In this document: positions 36,108 to 51,862 of the stretch, in pieces
Position numbering within the stretch: the stretch's first letter is position 1
How the letters are laid out: each line of letters begins with the position of its first letter
Assembly: GCA_964016885.1 (NCBI GenBank)
Contig: CAXHJY010001472.1
Location: 124,001-188,000, forward strand
Source of the DNA: Eledone cirrhosa
Lineage: Eukaryota
Direction: 5' to 3'
Length of the DNA: 64,000 nt
Translations under genes and position numbers: made by a program
Notes under the pieces: generated by a model
What the model was told of the DNA's origin: nothing
The model's database searches: none
What the model saw: only the letters and a program-made list of their open reading frames with translations

Positions 36108-37946
36108 ATGTATACAAAACAACTAAATCTCTTAAATAACTTCACTTATATCCAAAACATGATTTGTATATACATCAACAGTGACTCATTATTATACGCC
36201 AGTCACGACCCCACTGCAAAAACGATATCTATATAACAACCCCACCGTAAAACTACTCTTCCCCACTTTACAAACACTTTATATTATTTGTCATTAAGGT
36301 TTCTTAAAATAAATATATATACGTATGTGTAGTAATTAGTACGGAGACTGAGAGAGAAGGGGCGAGTGTGTCTTCATGGAGGGCACATGGGACCAGCAAA
36401 GTCCTAAAAGTAGAGACCAGTAAATGAGATAAGGTCCTAGCTATGTTAAGAATATAAATAAGAAACATGTTCTATACATTTAAGAAGACAAGAGAAACAT
36501 GTTCTAAACATTTAAGAAATAATTATTTACCTCTTTCATGTCGGTAATATAGCGGTGTTATAAAACTAATTATAACGACCGGTGTTAAAATAGAGAGAGA
36601 TAGACAGATAAATGTGTGTCACACTCTCTTTAAATCTTTTACACTATCTAACTCGTACTTCTCACACTCTCTTTAAATCTTTTACTCTATCTACCTCTCA
36701 TTTCTATCTGTGTATGTATGTATGTATCTGTCTATGTGTAACTCGGTGTACTGGAGCAATATGAAGTGAAGTGTCTTGCTCAAGAAGACATTTTGTGGAG
36801 TTATATCATCGTTTCTTGTTATAAAGCTACTTATACTACCGGCGTAACAGTGGCTATAGGTGATAGATGTAGAAATAAAAGGCTGTAACAGCGATATAAA
36901 TATAGATGAAATAGTTTACCACGAGACTAAGAATGAATGTTTAATGGAATTAAGTGTAATCTAATAGGAAATAAGAGGCTAGAGCAGCGAAATGTTTACG
37001 TAAAATAAAAGAACAACAACAAGAGTGCAACATTGAAATTTTTTTTTTTTTTTTGTCGATATAAGCGTTATTTTATGCGCGATTTGCCTTGCTGCCGCGT
37101 TGCTCAGTCAGTAGCAGCCCCGCTTACGAACTTCAGGAGCCAACGACTTTACATGGTTCGAATCTCACCCTCTCCGCTCTTGTCGAGTTATCTCCTACTC
37201 TTTTTACTTAGTTCCAGGTCATTAAAATAGAGCAAAGAGGGCGCGGCGATCGGCATATGCACTGGCTACAATGTTGAACTTTGGTACTGACTGCGTAGTT
37301 GAACGTTCCACATACCAACCGCCCAACTGACCAGTCAGCCGCATACGCGGCTGGCTGGGCGGTTGGGTAGTTGGCATATGTACTGGCTACGATGCTGAAC
37401 ATTGTACTGACTGTCAAGTTGAACGTTCTAACCCTCTCTTTACATCTATTACTCTATCTACCGCTTATTTCTCCCCCTCTCTTTACTTCTATAACTCTAT
37501 CTCCCACTCTCTTTACATCTATTACAGTGTCTCCCTGTATATATACACGTATATATGCACTAGATTTTATAAGAAATCTACGTAATAATATAATTAACAA
37601 TAGTTGATGAATTAGACCAGAGTTAATTAAACAATAAATATGAATGAAATAGCAGTAGATGGCGAAACTTGAGTGTTGTGTGTGCATACATATATATGAG
37701 GTAAACTGGTTCAAATACTGTCAGGATTATATTGGATCAAAGACTGTATTAAATAGAAAGTAAAAAATGAAGTGAAAATATAAAAACAAACTGAAAATTT
37801 CCCCATCCCTAGAAAAATTCATATCTTGTTATATATAGATAATTGGCGCTTTAAATTGAATAAATATTCATTTATATATATATATATATGTATATATATA
37901 TGTACACTGATATATATGTGTGTATATATATATGTGTATATATATA

Positions 37947-37989
<43 letters not shown>

Positions 37990-40045
37990 ACTTCATCATA
38001 CGTCCGCTTTTCCATGCTTGCAAGGGTGGGGTGGGAGCTGATTCTGGATTGGTTTCTACAGCTGGGTGCCCTTCCTGACGCCAACCCCGTTTGCAGTGAG
38101 TGCTGGGTGCTTTTTTTTTTCCGTGGCACCTCCACGTCAGCTTTACAGTGTGGGCTGGGTGCTTTTTTGCCGCGGCGCCTCCACGACCACTTTGCGGTGG
38201 GGTGGTGGGGTGGTATGTGTATACCCAGCCCATTGTCATTTGCCACACAGAAAAGCTTATAGCATCGTTCTTTACCCACGATGAATCTAGCAGACCCACC
38301 CCTCCACCTGGTCTCTTGAATACAACAAACATCGACCACCTTACGTTCAAGCATTTCTACAACCTCGTTAGAGCCACCCTATAAGGTGCCTACATTAATG
38401 GTACCAACTCTGAAGTTTTGGATTGCGTTTGGAGGTTGGGAGCGGTGGGGAGCGGGGATGGGGTTAGGGTTAGCCATCCGCGGCCGAAACAAAGAGGAGG
38501 AGCCCTTGCATTCTCGTCCATGAGGTGGATTTGTCTTTATGTATGTATATGTATATATGTATGTATGTGTGTGTATGTATGTATATGTATATATGAGTGT
38601 ATATGTGTATATGTATGTATATGTATGTGTATGTATGTGTATATATGTGTATATGTATGTGTTTGTATATATGTGTGTGTATGTATATATGTGTGTGTAC
38701 GTATATATATATATGTATGTATGTGTATATGTATGTATATGTATGTATGTGTATGTATATGTGTGTATGTATGTATATATGTATGTATGTGTATATATGT
38801 ATGTATGTATATGTATATATACGTGTGTATATGTATATATACTTATGTGTATATGCTTATGTATGTGTATGTATGTATATTTATATTATGTATATATATA
38901 TATATCTATGTATGTGTATGTATGTATATATATGTATGTATATGTGTATGTATGTGTATGTATGTATGTATGTGTATATATGTATGTATGTATATATATA
39001 TGTATGTATATGTATATGTATGTGTATGTATATGTATATGTATATGGAGGCACATGGCTTAGTGGTTCGAGCATTGGCCTGGCAATCGAAAGGTTGTGAG
39101 TTCAATTCTCAGACCGGGTGATGTGTTGTTTCCTTGAGCAAGACACTTTATTTCACATTGCTCCAGTTTACTCAGCTGTAGAAATGAGATGATAGGGACT
39201 GGGGTCCATATCATTCCACTGCAAAGTGGTCGTGGAGGTGCCACGGCAAAAAAGCACTCAGCACTCACTGTAAATGAGGTTGGTGTTAGGAAGGGCATCC
39301 AGCTGTAGAAATCAAGCCAGAATCAGTTCCCGTCCCACATTTGCAAGCAGGGAAAAAGCGGACTTAAAACGAAATGATGATGATGATGATGATGTATGTA
39401 TGTATGTGTATATGTATGTATGTATGTATATGTATGTATGTGTATGAGATGCAGTTTGGTTTTGTGCCGCTGAAAAGTGCAACAGATGCCCTCTTCTTAG
39501 TGAGACAACTACAAAAGAGGTTCTTAGAGAAAAATAAGCCACTATACTTAGCTTTGGACATAGAGAAGGCTTTTGATAGAGAACTCTTATAAATGACAAC
39601 ATATATATATGTGTGTGTATATATATGTTTTTTTTAAAACTATATATTTATTACTCCCTTAAGCAGAAGAAATATATTCCCAGATATCGAAGATTACCAC
39701 AATAACTAGGGAGCGGAAATCAATAGATGCTGGACATTGCTGCTGAGGGTAGGATGACCTGATGAGCTGGCTCCTGTGGTGGATACCTAAACATAGTAAG
39801 AGCCAAGTGGGATGACTGAGGTTCACCTACATACATCAGATGTCTCTGGATCTCCAGCTGGAGATTAATGATCTCAGGAATGCCATGAAAAATCGTGACA
39901 TCTAAAAAAGAAGAGTAGAATTGTTCTGGCCAATCCACCTGACCTAATAAACAATAATAATATTAATATATATTGATGAAAATTAATTATGGTGAAATAT
40001 CTTAGAAATCATTCTCAGAGGTTTTGTATTGTAATCCACACTTGC

Positions 40046-42013
40046 TCCTTGTGGCTTCTGATGCAGACATCATGTCCGCCATCAGGTCCTTCCCAGCTAG
40101 CAGCTGCGGAGATGTTGATGGTCTCTGACCAGGCCTCCTCAAGGAGTTGATATCTCCCCTCTCCGCTGAGGCCGGGCGCCGCCTTCTGAGTGCAATTGTG
40201 GCGCTCACCAATAGGCTCATCCATGGCGCCCTGGACTCTTATGCTCGAGGCCTCTTTTTTTCGGCCAGCCTCACCGCTCTCAGGAAGAAAGAGGATGGCA
40301 TACGCCCCATTGCTGTGGGCAATGTCTTCCGGAGGCTGGCTGCCAAGGTAATCTGCAAGTCCGTAACACTCGGAACCGGCATCCAGGGCCTCCAGCCACC
40401 TCATTGTCAAGTTTGACATGAGGAATGCCTTCAACTCTTTACGCTGGGATCATCTGCTCGAGGCCTGCCTCAGCCGAGCCCCCTCTGCCTACCTGTCATA
40501 TGGAGCCCCAAGCATGCGCCATGCTGCTGATACGGTCATACCCTTGGCTACTGGGATCCAACAGGGCAACCCTTTGGGACCCCTCCTCTTCACCCTTGGT
40601 ATTGACCACATCGCCTGGAGTATAACGGCCCCTCTCAACGTTTGGTATCTGGATGATGCTACTTTGGGTGGGCCCGTACAGGCGGTCTGCCATGACCTTC
40701 AATCGGTGGTTCCTGCCCTGGCGGGAATCGACCTCCAGGTCAACTCAGCCAAGTCGGAGGTGGTGAATGTCAGCCTCGATGCTGCAAGCTTTGCAGTCTC
40801 CGTCTTGGACGTGCGGTCCATTCTCCGCCAGGTTCAGGTGACCCCCCAAAGAGGATGCCCTCACCGATCCACCCGCCGGCCATCCGCTCCTCCATCAAGT
40901 CCAGACTCTCACGAGCCGACTGGGCTTGATTGATGGCCACCCAGTTCTCTTTCTGCTGAGGAACTGCTACGCCATGCCGAAGCTCCTCTATACACTCTGT
41001 GCTACACCTAAACTTGTATCCGAGCAGCAGCCGATGAGATATGCAACTTTACCTGTCAGGTATGGCGGCCTTCGCCTCCAGTCCCCGATCTCACTAGCTT
41101 TGCCGGCATATCTTTCGTCGGTAACCTCGTACCACGTCCTCTTCAGCAGGGTTCTTCAAAACACAACAGAACCCTCTGTGTTCAGAGAACGCGTGGCCGC
41201 CTGTGAGACGTGGGACCGGCTGGGACTTAGCCCAGTAGACGTTCCTCCTCCTTCTCCCCCTGTTGACGTCAAGTCCCCCCCAACACACTTGGGATGCCAT
41301 CCAGTGCAGCCTGGCCTCAGACAGGCTCACGTGCCAGCTCGACCAGCACCGCCTTGTTTGTTTTCGTGCAGCCTCCAAACCCCACAGTGGGGCCTGGCTC
41401 CATGCCCTGCCCTCCTTCTCCACTCGCACGCAGCTAGACAACAATAGCTTGCGCATCGGCGTTTCCCTGAGGCTCGGCCTCACACCAATGTCGCTGCCGT
41501 TCCACCATGGACTCTTTCGGCCTCCACCCGCAATCCACGCCATGCTGCCCTCAACGAAGTCATTAAGCATGGCTTGGACGCTGCAGGCTTCCCTTCCCAG
41601 CTCGAGGGGACGGCAAAAGGCTAGATGGCATGACCATCTTCCCGTTCCGCGGTGGCAAACCCCTCGTCTGGGATGCCACTTGCACCGACACTTTCTGCAG
41701 CCGCAACCTGGTGCAGTCTGCGACTGGCCCAGGTTCTGCTGCACGTCAGGCTGAGGGGGCCAAACTCCTCACATATCGTTCACTCTCCGACAGGTTTGCG
41801 GTCGTACCCCTGGAAGTGGAGACTTCTGGTGTCCTCGGCCCCAGGGCTACCTCCTTACTCACCACCATAGGCGCTGAGCTGGCCAGCCGCAGGTGTGAGC
41901 CCCGCGAGTTGGAGTGGCTTTTCCAGCGCGTCTCCCTTGCCGTGCTCCGGGGAAACGCCTTCTCCATTCTGTCCGCCGGGGCTGTGGGTGGGTCCCATCG
42001 CGTACCGTTATGA
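40046..42013 (+). mobile_element. CRE-clade retrotransposon pseudocopy 7
   Basis: Same RT/REL motifs, with the 26-bp deletion. Confidence 0.9.
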
Positions 42014-43861
42014 ATGTATACAAAACAACTAAATCTCTTAAATAACTTCACTTATATCCAAAACATGATTTGTATATACATCAACAGTGACTCATTATTA
42101 TACGCCAGTCACGACCCCACTGCAAAAACGATATCTATATAACAACCCCACCGTAAAACTACTCTTCCCCACTTTACAAACACTTTATATTATTTGTCAT
42201 TAAGGTTTCTTAAAATAAATATATATACGTATGTGTAGTAATTAGTACGGAGACTGAGAGAGAAGGGGCGAGTGTGTCTTCATGGAGGGCACATGGGACC
42301 AGCAAAGCCCTAAAAGTAGAGACCAGTAAATGAGATAAGGTCCTAGCTATGTTAAGAATATAAATAAGAAACATGTTCTATACATTTAAGAAGACAAGAG
42401 AAACATGTTCTAAACATTTAAGAAATAATTATTTACCTCTTTCATGTCGGTAATATAGCGGTGTTATAAAACTAATTATAACGACCGGTGTTAAAATAGA
42501 GAGAGATAGACAGATAAATGTGTGTCACACTCTCACCCTCTCTTTAAATCTTTTACACTATCTAACTCGTACTTCTCACACTCTCTTTAAATCTTTTACT
42601 CTATCTACCTCTCATTTCTATCTGTGTATGTATGTATGTATCTGTCTATGTGTAACTCGGTGTACTGGAGCAATATGAAGTGAAGTGTCTTGCTCAAGAA
42701 GACATTTTGTGGAGTTATATCATCGTTTCTTGTTATAAAGCTACTTATACTACCGGCGTAACAGTGGCTATAGGTGATAGATGTAGAAATAAAAGGCTGT
42801 AACAGCGATATAAATATAGATGAAATAGTTTACCACGAGACTAAGAATGAATGTTTAATGGAATTAAGTGTAATCTAATAGGAAATAAGAGGCTAGAGCA
42901 GCGAAATGTTTACGTAAAATAAAAGAACAACAAACAAGAGTGCAACATTGAAATTTTTTTTTTTTTTTTGTCGATATAAGCGTTATTTTATGCGCGATTT
43001 GCCTTGCTGCCGGCGCTGCTCAGTCAGTAGCAGCCCCGCTTACGAACTTCAGGAGCCAACGACTTTACATGGTTCGAATCTCACCCTCTCCGCTCTTGTC
43101 GAGTTATCTCCTACTCTTTTTACTTAGTTCCAGGTCATTAAAATAGAGCAAAGAGGGCGCGGCGATCGGCATATGCACTGGCTACAATGTTGAACTTTGG
43201 TACTGACTGCGTAGTTGAACGTTCCACATACCAACCGCCCAACTGGCCAGTCAACCGCATATGCGGCTGGCTGGCCGGTTGGGTAGTTGGCATATGTACT
43301 GGCTACCATGCTGAACATTGTACTGACTGTCAAGTTGAACGTTCTAACCCTCTCTTTACATCTATTACTCTATCTACCGCTTATTTCTCCCCTCTCTTTA
43401 CTTCTATAACTCTATCTCCCACTCTCTTTACATCTATTACAGTGTCTCCCTGTATATATACACGTATATATGCACTAGATTTTATAAGAAATCTACGTAA
43501 TAATATAATTAACAATAGTTGATGAATTAGACCAGAGTTAATTAAACAATAAATATGAATGAAATAGCAGTAGATGGCGAAACTTGAGTGTTGTGTGTGC
43601 ATACATATATATGAGGTAAACTGGTTCAAATACTGTCAGGATTATATTGGATCAAAGACTGTATTAAATAGAAAGTAAAAAATGAAGTGAAAATATAAAA
43701 ACAAACTGAAAATTTCCCCATCCCTAGAAAAATTCATATCTTGTTATATATAGATAATTGGCGCTTTAAATTGAATAAATATTCATTTATATATATATAT
43801 ATATGTATATATATATGTACACTGATATATATGTGTGTATATATATATGTGTATATATATA

Positions 43862-43900
<39 letters not shown>

Positions 43901-45960
43901 ACTTCATCATACGTCCGCTTTTCCATGCTTGCAAGGGTGGGGTGGGAGCTGATTCTGGATTGGTTTCTACAGCTGGGTGCCCTTCCTGACGCCAACCCCG
44001 TTTGCAGTGAGTGCTGGGTGCTTTTTTTTTTCCGTGGCACCTCCACGTCAGCTTTACAGTGTGGGCTGGGTGCTTTTTTGCCGCGGCGCCTCCACGACGA
44101 CTTTGCGGTGGGGTGGTGGGGTGGTATGTGTATACCCAGCCCATTGTCATTTGCCACACAGAAAAGCTTATAGCATCGTTCTTTACCCACGATGAATCTA
44201 GCAGACCCACCCCTCCACCTGGTCTCTTGAATACAACAAACATCGACCTCCTTACGTTCAAGCATTTCTACAACCTCGTTAGAGCCACCCTATAAGGTGC
44301 CTACATTAATGGTACCAACTCTGAAGTTTTGGATTGCGTTTGGAGGTTGGGAGCGGTGGGGAGCGGGGATGGGGTTAGGGTTAGCCATCCGCGGCCGAAA
44401 CAAAGAGGAGGAGCCCTTGCATTCTCGTCCATGAGGTGGATTTGTCTTTATGTATGTATATGTATATATGTATGTATGTGTGTGTATGTATGTATATGTA
44501 TATATGAGTGTATATGTGTATATGTATGTATATGTATGTGTATGTATGTGTATATATGTGTATATGTATGTGTTTGTATATATGTGTGTGTATGTATATA
44601 TGTGTGTGTACGTATATATATATATGTATGTATGTGTATATGTATGTATATGTATGTATGTGTATGTATATGTGTGTATGTATGTATATATGTATGTATG
44701 TGTATATATGTATGTATGTATATGTATATATACGTGTGTATATGTATATATACTTATGTGTATATGCTTATGTATGTGTATGTATGTATATTTATATTAT
44801 GTATATATATATATCTATGTATGTGTATGTATGTATATATATGTATGTATATGTGTATGTATGTGTATGTATGTATGTATGTGTATATATGTATGTATGT
44901 ATATATATATGTATGTATATGTATATGTATGTGTATGTATATGTATATGTATATGGAGGCACATGGCTTAGTGGTTCGAGCATTGGCCTGGCAATCGAAA
45001 GGTTGTGAGTTCAATTCTCAGACCGGGTGATGTGTTGTTTCCTTGAGCAAGACACTTTATTTCACATTGCTCCAGTTTACTCAGCTGTAGAAATGAGATG
45101 ATAGGGACTGGGGTCCATATCATTCCACTGCAAAGTGGTCGTGGAGGTGCCACGGCAAAAAAGCACTCAGCACTCACTGTAAATGAGGTTGGTGTTAGGA
45201 AGGGCATCCAGCTGTAGAAATCAAGCCAGAATCAGTTCCCGTCCCACATTTGCAAGCAGGGAAAAAGCGGACTTAAAACGAAATGATGATGATGATGATG
45301 ATGATGATGTATGTATGTATGTGTATATGTATGTATGTATGTATATGTATGTATGTGTATGAGATGCAGTTTGGTTTTGTGCCGCTGAAAAGTGCAACAG
45401 ATGCCCTCTTCTTAGTGAGACAACTACAAAAGAGGTTCTTAGAGAAAAATAAGCCACTATACTTAGCTTTGGACATAGAGAAGGCTTTTGATAGAGAACT
45501 CTTATAAATGACAACATATATATATGTGTGTGTATATATATGTTTTTTTTAAAACTATATATTTATTACTCCCTTAAGCAGAAGAAATATATTCCCAGAT
45601 ATCGAAGATTACCACAATAACTAGGGAGCGGAAATCAATAGATGCTGGACATTGCTGCTGACGGTAGGATGACCTGATGAGCTGGCTCCTGTGGTGGATA
45701 CCTAAACATAGTAAGAGCCAAGTGGGATGACTGAGGTTCACCTACATACATCAGATGTCTCTGGATCTCCAGCTGGAGATTAATGATCTCAGGAATGCCA
45801 TGAAAAATCGTGACATCTAAAAAAGAAGAGTAGAATTGTTCTGGCCAATCCACCTGACCTAATAAACAATAATAATATTAATATATATTGATGAAAATTA
45901 ATTATGGTGAAATATCTTAGAAATCATTCTCAGAGGTTTTGTATTGTAATCCACACTTGC

Positions 45961-47928
45961 TCCTTGTGGCTTCTGATGCAGACATCATGTCCGCCATCAG
46001 GTCCTTCCCAGCTAGCAGCTGCGGAGATGTTGATGGTCTCTGACCAGGCCTCCTCAAGGAGTTGATATCTCCCCTCTCCGCTGAGGCCGGGCGCCGCCTT
46101 CTGAGTGCAATTGTGGCGCTCACCAATAGGCTCATCCATGGCGCCCTGGACTCTTATGCTCGAGGCCTCTTTTTTTCGGCCAGCCTCACCGCTCTCAGGA
46201 AGAAAGAGGATGGCATACGCCCCATTGCTGTGGGCAATGTCTTCCGGAGGCTGGCTGCCAAGGTAATCTGCAAGTCCGTAACACTCGGAACCGGCATCCA
46301 GGGCCTCCAGCCACCTCATTGTCAAGTTTGACATGAGGAATGCCTTCAACTCTTTACGCTGGGATCATCTGCTCGAGGCCTGCCTCAGCCGAGCCCCCTC
46401 TGCCTACCTGTCATATGGAGCCCCAAGCATGCGCCATGCTGCTGATACGGTCATACCCTTGGCTACTGGGATCCAACAGGGCAACCCTTTGGGACCCCTC
46501 CTGTTCACCCTTGGTATTGACCACATCGCCTGGAGTATAACGGCCCCTCTCAACGTTTGGTATCTGGATGATGCTACTTTGGGTGGGCCCGTACAGGCGG
46601 TCTGCCATGACCTTCAATCGGTGGTTCCTGCCCTGGCGGGAATCGACCTCCAGGTCAACTCAGCCAAGTCGGAGGTGGTGAATGTCAGCCTCGATGCTGC
46701 AAGCTTTGCAGTCTCCGTCTTGGACGTGCGGTCCATTCTCCGCCAGGTTCAGGTGACCCCCCAAAGAGGATGCCCTCACCGATCCACCCGCCGGCCATCC
46801 GCTCCTCCATCAAGTCCAGACTCTCACGAGCCGACTGGGCTTGATTGATGGCCACCCAGTTCTCTTTCTGCTGAGGAACTGCTACGCCATGCCGAAGCTC
46901 CTCTATACACTCTGTGCTACACCTAAACTTGTATCCGAGCAGCAGCCGATGAGATATGCAACTTTACCTGTCAGGTATGGCGGCCTTCGCCTCCAGTCCC
47001 CGATCTCACTAGCTTTGCCGGCATATCTTTCGTCGGTAACCTCGTACCACGTCCTCTTCAGCAGGGTTCTTCAAAACACAACAGAACCCTCTGTGTTCAG
47101 AGAACGCGTGGCCGCCTGTGAGACGTGGGACCGGCTGGGACTTAGCCCAGTAGACGTTCCTCCTCCTTCTCCCCCTGTTGACGTCAAGTCCCCCCCAACA
47201 CACTTGGGATGCCATCCAGTGCAGCCTGGCCTCAGACAGGCTCACGTGCCAGCTCGACCAGCACCGCCTTGTTTGTTTTCGTGCAGCCTCCAAACCCCAC
47301 AGTGGGGCCTGGCTCCATGCCCTGCCCTCCTTCTCCACTCGCACGCAGCTAGACAACAATAGCTTGCGCATCGGCGTTTCCCTGAGGCTCGGCCTCACAC
47401 CAATGTCGCTGCCGTTCCACCATGGACTCTTTCGGCCTCCACCCGCAATCCACGCCATGCTGCCCTCAACGAAGTCATTAAGCATGGCTTGGACGCTGCA
47501 GGCTTCCCTTCCCAGCTCGAGGGGACGGCAAAAGGCTAGATGGCATGACCATCTTCCCGTTCCGCGGTGGCAAACCCCTCGTCTGGGATGCCACTTGCAC
47601 CGACACTTTCTGCAGCCGCAACCTGGTGCAGTCTGCGACTGGCCCAGGTTCTGCTGCACGTCAGGCTGAGGGGGCCAAACTCCTCACATATCGTTCACTC
47701 TCCGACAGGTTTGCGGTCGTACCCCTGGAAGTGGAGACTTCTGGTGTCCTCGGCCCCAGGGCTACCTCCTTACTCACCACCATAGGCGCTGAGCTGGCCA
47801 GCCGCAGGTGTGAGCCCCGCGAGTTGGAGTGGCTTTTCCAGCGCGTCTCCCTTGCCGTGCTCCGGGGAAACGCCTTCTCCATTCTGTCCGCCGGGGCTGT
47901 GGGTGGGTCCCATCGCGTACCGTTATGA
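45961..47928 (+). mobile_element. CRE-clade retrotransposon pseudocopy 8
   Basis: Same RT/REL motifs, with the 26-bp deletion. Confidence 0.9.
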
Positions 47929-49771
47929 ATGTATACAAAACAACTAAATCTCTTAAATAACTTCACTTATATCCAAAACATGATTTGTATATACATCAAC
48001 AGTGACTCATTATTATACGCCAGTCACGACCCCACTGCAAAAACGATATCTATATAACAACCCCACCGTAAAACTACTCTTCCCCACTTTACAAACACTT
48101 TATATTATTTGTCATTAAGGTTTCTTAAAATAAATATATATACGTATGTGTAGTAATTAGTACGGAGACTGAGAGAGAAGGGGCGAGTGTGTCTTCATGG
48201 AGGGCACATGGGACCAGCAAAGCCCTAAAAGTAGAGACCAGTAAATGAGATAAGGTCCTAGCTATGTTAAGAATATAAATAAGAAACATGTTCTATACAT
48301 TTAAGAAGACAAGAGAAACATGTTCTAAACATTTAAGAAATAATTATTTACCTCTTTCATGTCGGTAATATAGCGGTGTTATAAAACTAATTATAACGAC
48401 CGGTGTTAAAATAGAGAGAGATAGACAGATAAATGTGTGTCACACTCTCACCCTCTCTTTAAATCTTTTACACTATCTAACTCGTACTTCTCACACTCTC
48501 TTTAAATCTTTTACTCTATCTACCTCTCATTTCTATCTGTGTATGTATGTATGTATCTGTCTATGTGTAACTCGGTGTACTGGAGCAATATGAAGTGAAG
48601 TGTCTTGCTCAAGAAGACATTTTGTGGAGTTATATCATCGTTTCTTGTTATAAAGCTACTTATACTACCGGCGTAACAGTGGCTATAGGTGATAGATGTA
48701 GAAATAAAAGGCTGTAACAGCGATATAAATATAGATGAAATAGTTTACCACGAGACTAAGAATGAATGTTTAATGGAATTAAGTGTAATCTAATAGGAAA
48801 TAAGAGGCTAGAGCAGCGAAATGTTTACGTAAAATAAAAGAACAACAAACAAGAGTGCAACATTGAAATTTTTTTTTTTTTTTTGTCGATATAAGCGTTA
48901 TTTTATGCGCGATTTGCCTTGCTGCCGGCGCTGCTCAGTCAGTAGCAGCCCCGCTTACGAACTTCAGGAGCCAACGACTTTACATGGTTCGAATCTCACC
49001 CTCTCCGCTCTTGTCGAGTTATCTCCTACTCTTTTTACTTAGTTCCAGGTCATTAAAATAGAGCAAAGAGGGCGCGGCGATCGGCATATGCACTGGCTAC
49101 AATGTTGAACTTTGGTACTGACTGCGTAGTTGAACGTTCCACATACCAACCGCCCAACTGGCCAGTCAACCGCATATGCGGCTGGCTGGCCGGTTGGGTA
49201 GTTGGCATATGTACTGGCTACCATGCTGAACATTGTACTGACTGTCAAGTTGAACGTTCTAACCCTCTCTTTACATCTATTACTCTATCTACCGCTTATT
49301 TCTCCCCCTCTCTTTACTTCTATAACTCTATCTCCCACTCTCTTTACATCTATTACAGTGTCTCCCTGTATATATACACGTATATATGCACTAGATTTTA
49401 TAAGAAATCTACGTAATAATATAATTAACAATAGTTGATGAATTAGACCAGAGTTAATTAAACAATAAATATGAATGAAATAGCAGTAGATGGCGAAACT
49501 TGAGTGTTGTGTGTGCATACATATATATGAGGTAAACTGGTTCAAATACTGTCAGGATTATATTGGATCAAAGACTGTATTAAATAGAAAGTAAAAAATG
49601 AAGTGAAAATATAAAAACAAACTGAAAATTTCCCCATCCCTAGAAAAATTCATATCTTGTTATATATAGATAATTGGCGCTTTAAATTGAATAAATATTC
49701 ATTTATATATATATATATATATATATGTACACTGATATATATGTGTGTATATATATATGTGTATATATATA

Positions 49772-49832
<61 letters not shown>

Positions 49833-51862
49833 ACTTCATCATACGTCCGCTTTTCCATGCTTGCAAGGGTGGGGTGGGAGCTGATTCTGGATTGGTTTCT
49901 ACAGCTGGGTGCCCTTCCTGACGCCAACCCCGTTTGCAGTGAGTGCTGGGTGCTTTTTTTTTTCCGTGGCACCTCCACGTCAGCTTTACAGTGTGGGCTG
50001 GGTGCTTTTTTGCCGCGGCGCCTCCACGACCACTTTGCGGTGGGGTGGTGGGGTGGTATGTGTATACCCAGCCCATTGTCATTTGCCACACAGAAAAGCT
50101 TATAGCATCGTTCTTTACCCACGATGAATCTAGCAGACCCACCCCTCCACCTGGTCTCTTGAATACAACAAACATCGACCTCCTTACGTTCAAGCATTTC
50201 TACAACCTCGTTAGAGCCACCCTATAAGGTGCCTACATTAATGGTACCAACTCTGAAGTTTTGGATTGCGTTTGGAGGTTGGGAGCGGTGGGGAGCGGGG
50301 ATGGGGTTAGGGTTAGCCATCCGCGGCCGAAACAAAGAGGAGGAGCCCTTGCATTCTCGTCCATGAGGTGGATTTGTCTTTATGTATGTATGTATGTGTG
50401 TGTATGTATGTATATGTATATATGAGTGTATATGTGTATATGTATGTATATGTATGTGTATGTATGTGTATATATGTGTATATGTATGTGTTTGTATATA
50501 TGTGTGTGTATGTATATATGTGTGTGTACGTATATATATATATGTATGTATGTGTATATGTATGTATATGTATGTATGTGTATGTATATGTGTGTATGTA
50601 TGTGTATATATGTATGTATGTATATGTATATATACGTGTGTATATGTATATATACTTATGTGTATATGCTTATGTATGTGTATGTATGTATATTTATATT
50701 ATGTATATATATATATCTATGTATGTGTATGTATGTATATATATGTATGTATATGTGTATGTATGTGTATGTATGTATGTATGTGTATATATGTATGTAT
50801 GTATATATATATGTATGTATATGTATATGTATGTGTATGTATATGTATATGTATATGGAGGCACATGGCTTAGTGGTTCGAGCATTGGCCTGGCAATCGA
50901 AAGGTTGTGAGTTCAATTCTCAGACCGGGTGATGTGTTGTTTCCTTGAGCAAGACACTTTATTTCACATTGCTCCAGTTTACTCAGCTGTAGAAATGAGA
51001 TGATAGGGACTGGGGTCCATATCATTCCACTGCAAAGTGGTCGTGGAGGTGCCACGGCAAAAAAGCACTCAGCACTCACTGTAAATGAGGTTGGTGTTAG
51101 GAAGGGCATCCAGCTGTAGAAATCAAGCCAGAATCAGTTCCCGTCCCACATTTGCAAGCAGGGAAAAAGCGGACTTAAAACGAAATGATGATGATGATGA
51201 TGATGATGATGTATGTATGTATGTGTATATGTATGTATGTATGTATATGTATGTATGTGTATGAGATGCAGTTTGGTTTTGTGCCGCTGAAAAGTGCAAC
51301 AGATGCCCTCTTCTTAGTGAGACAACTACAAAAGAGGTTCTTAGAGAAAAATAAGCCACTATACTTAGCTTTGGACATAGAGAAGGCTTTTGATAGAGAA
51401 CTCTTATAAATGACAACATATATATATGTGTGTGTATATATATGTTTTTTTTAAAACTATATATTTATTACTCCCTTAAGCAGAAGAAATATATTCCCAG
51501 ATATCGAAGATTACCACAATAACTAGGGAGCGGAAATCAATAGATGCTGGACATTGCTGCTGAGGGTAGGATGACCTGATGAGCTGGCTCCTGTGGTTGA
51601 TACCTAAACATAGTAAGAGCCAAGTGGGATGACTGAGGTTCACCTACATACATCAGATGTCTCTGGATCTCCAGCTGGAGATTAATGATCTCAGGAATGC
51701 CATGAAAAATCGTGACATCTAAAAAAGAAGAGTAGAATTGTTCTGGCCAATCCACCTGACCTAATAAACAATAATAATATTAATATATATTGATGAAAAT
51801 TAATTATGGTGAAATATCTTAGAAATCATTCTCAGAGGTTTTGTATTGTAATCCACACTTGC

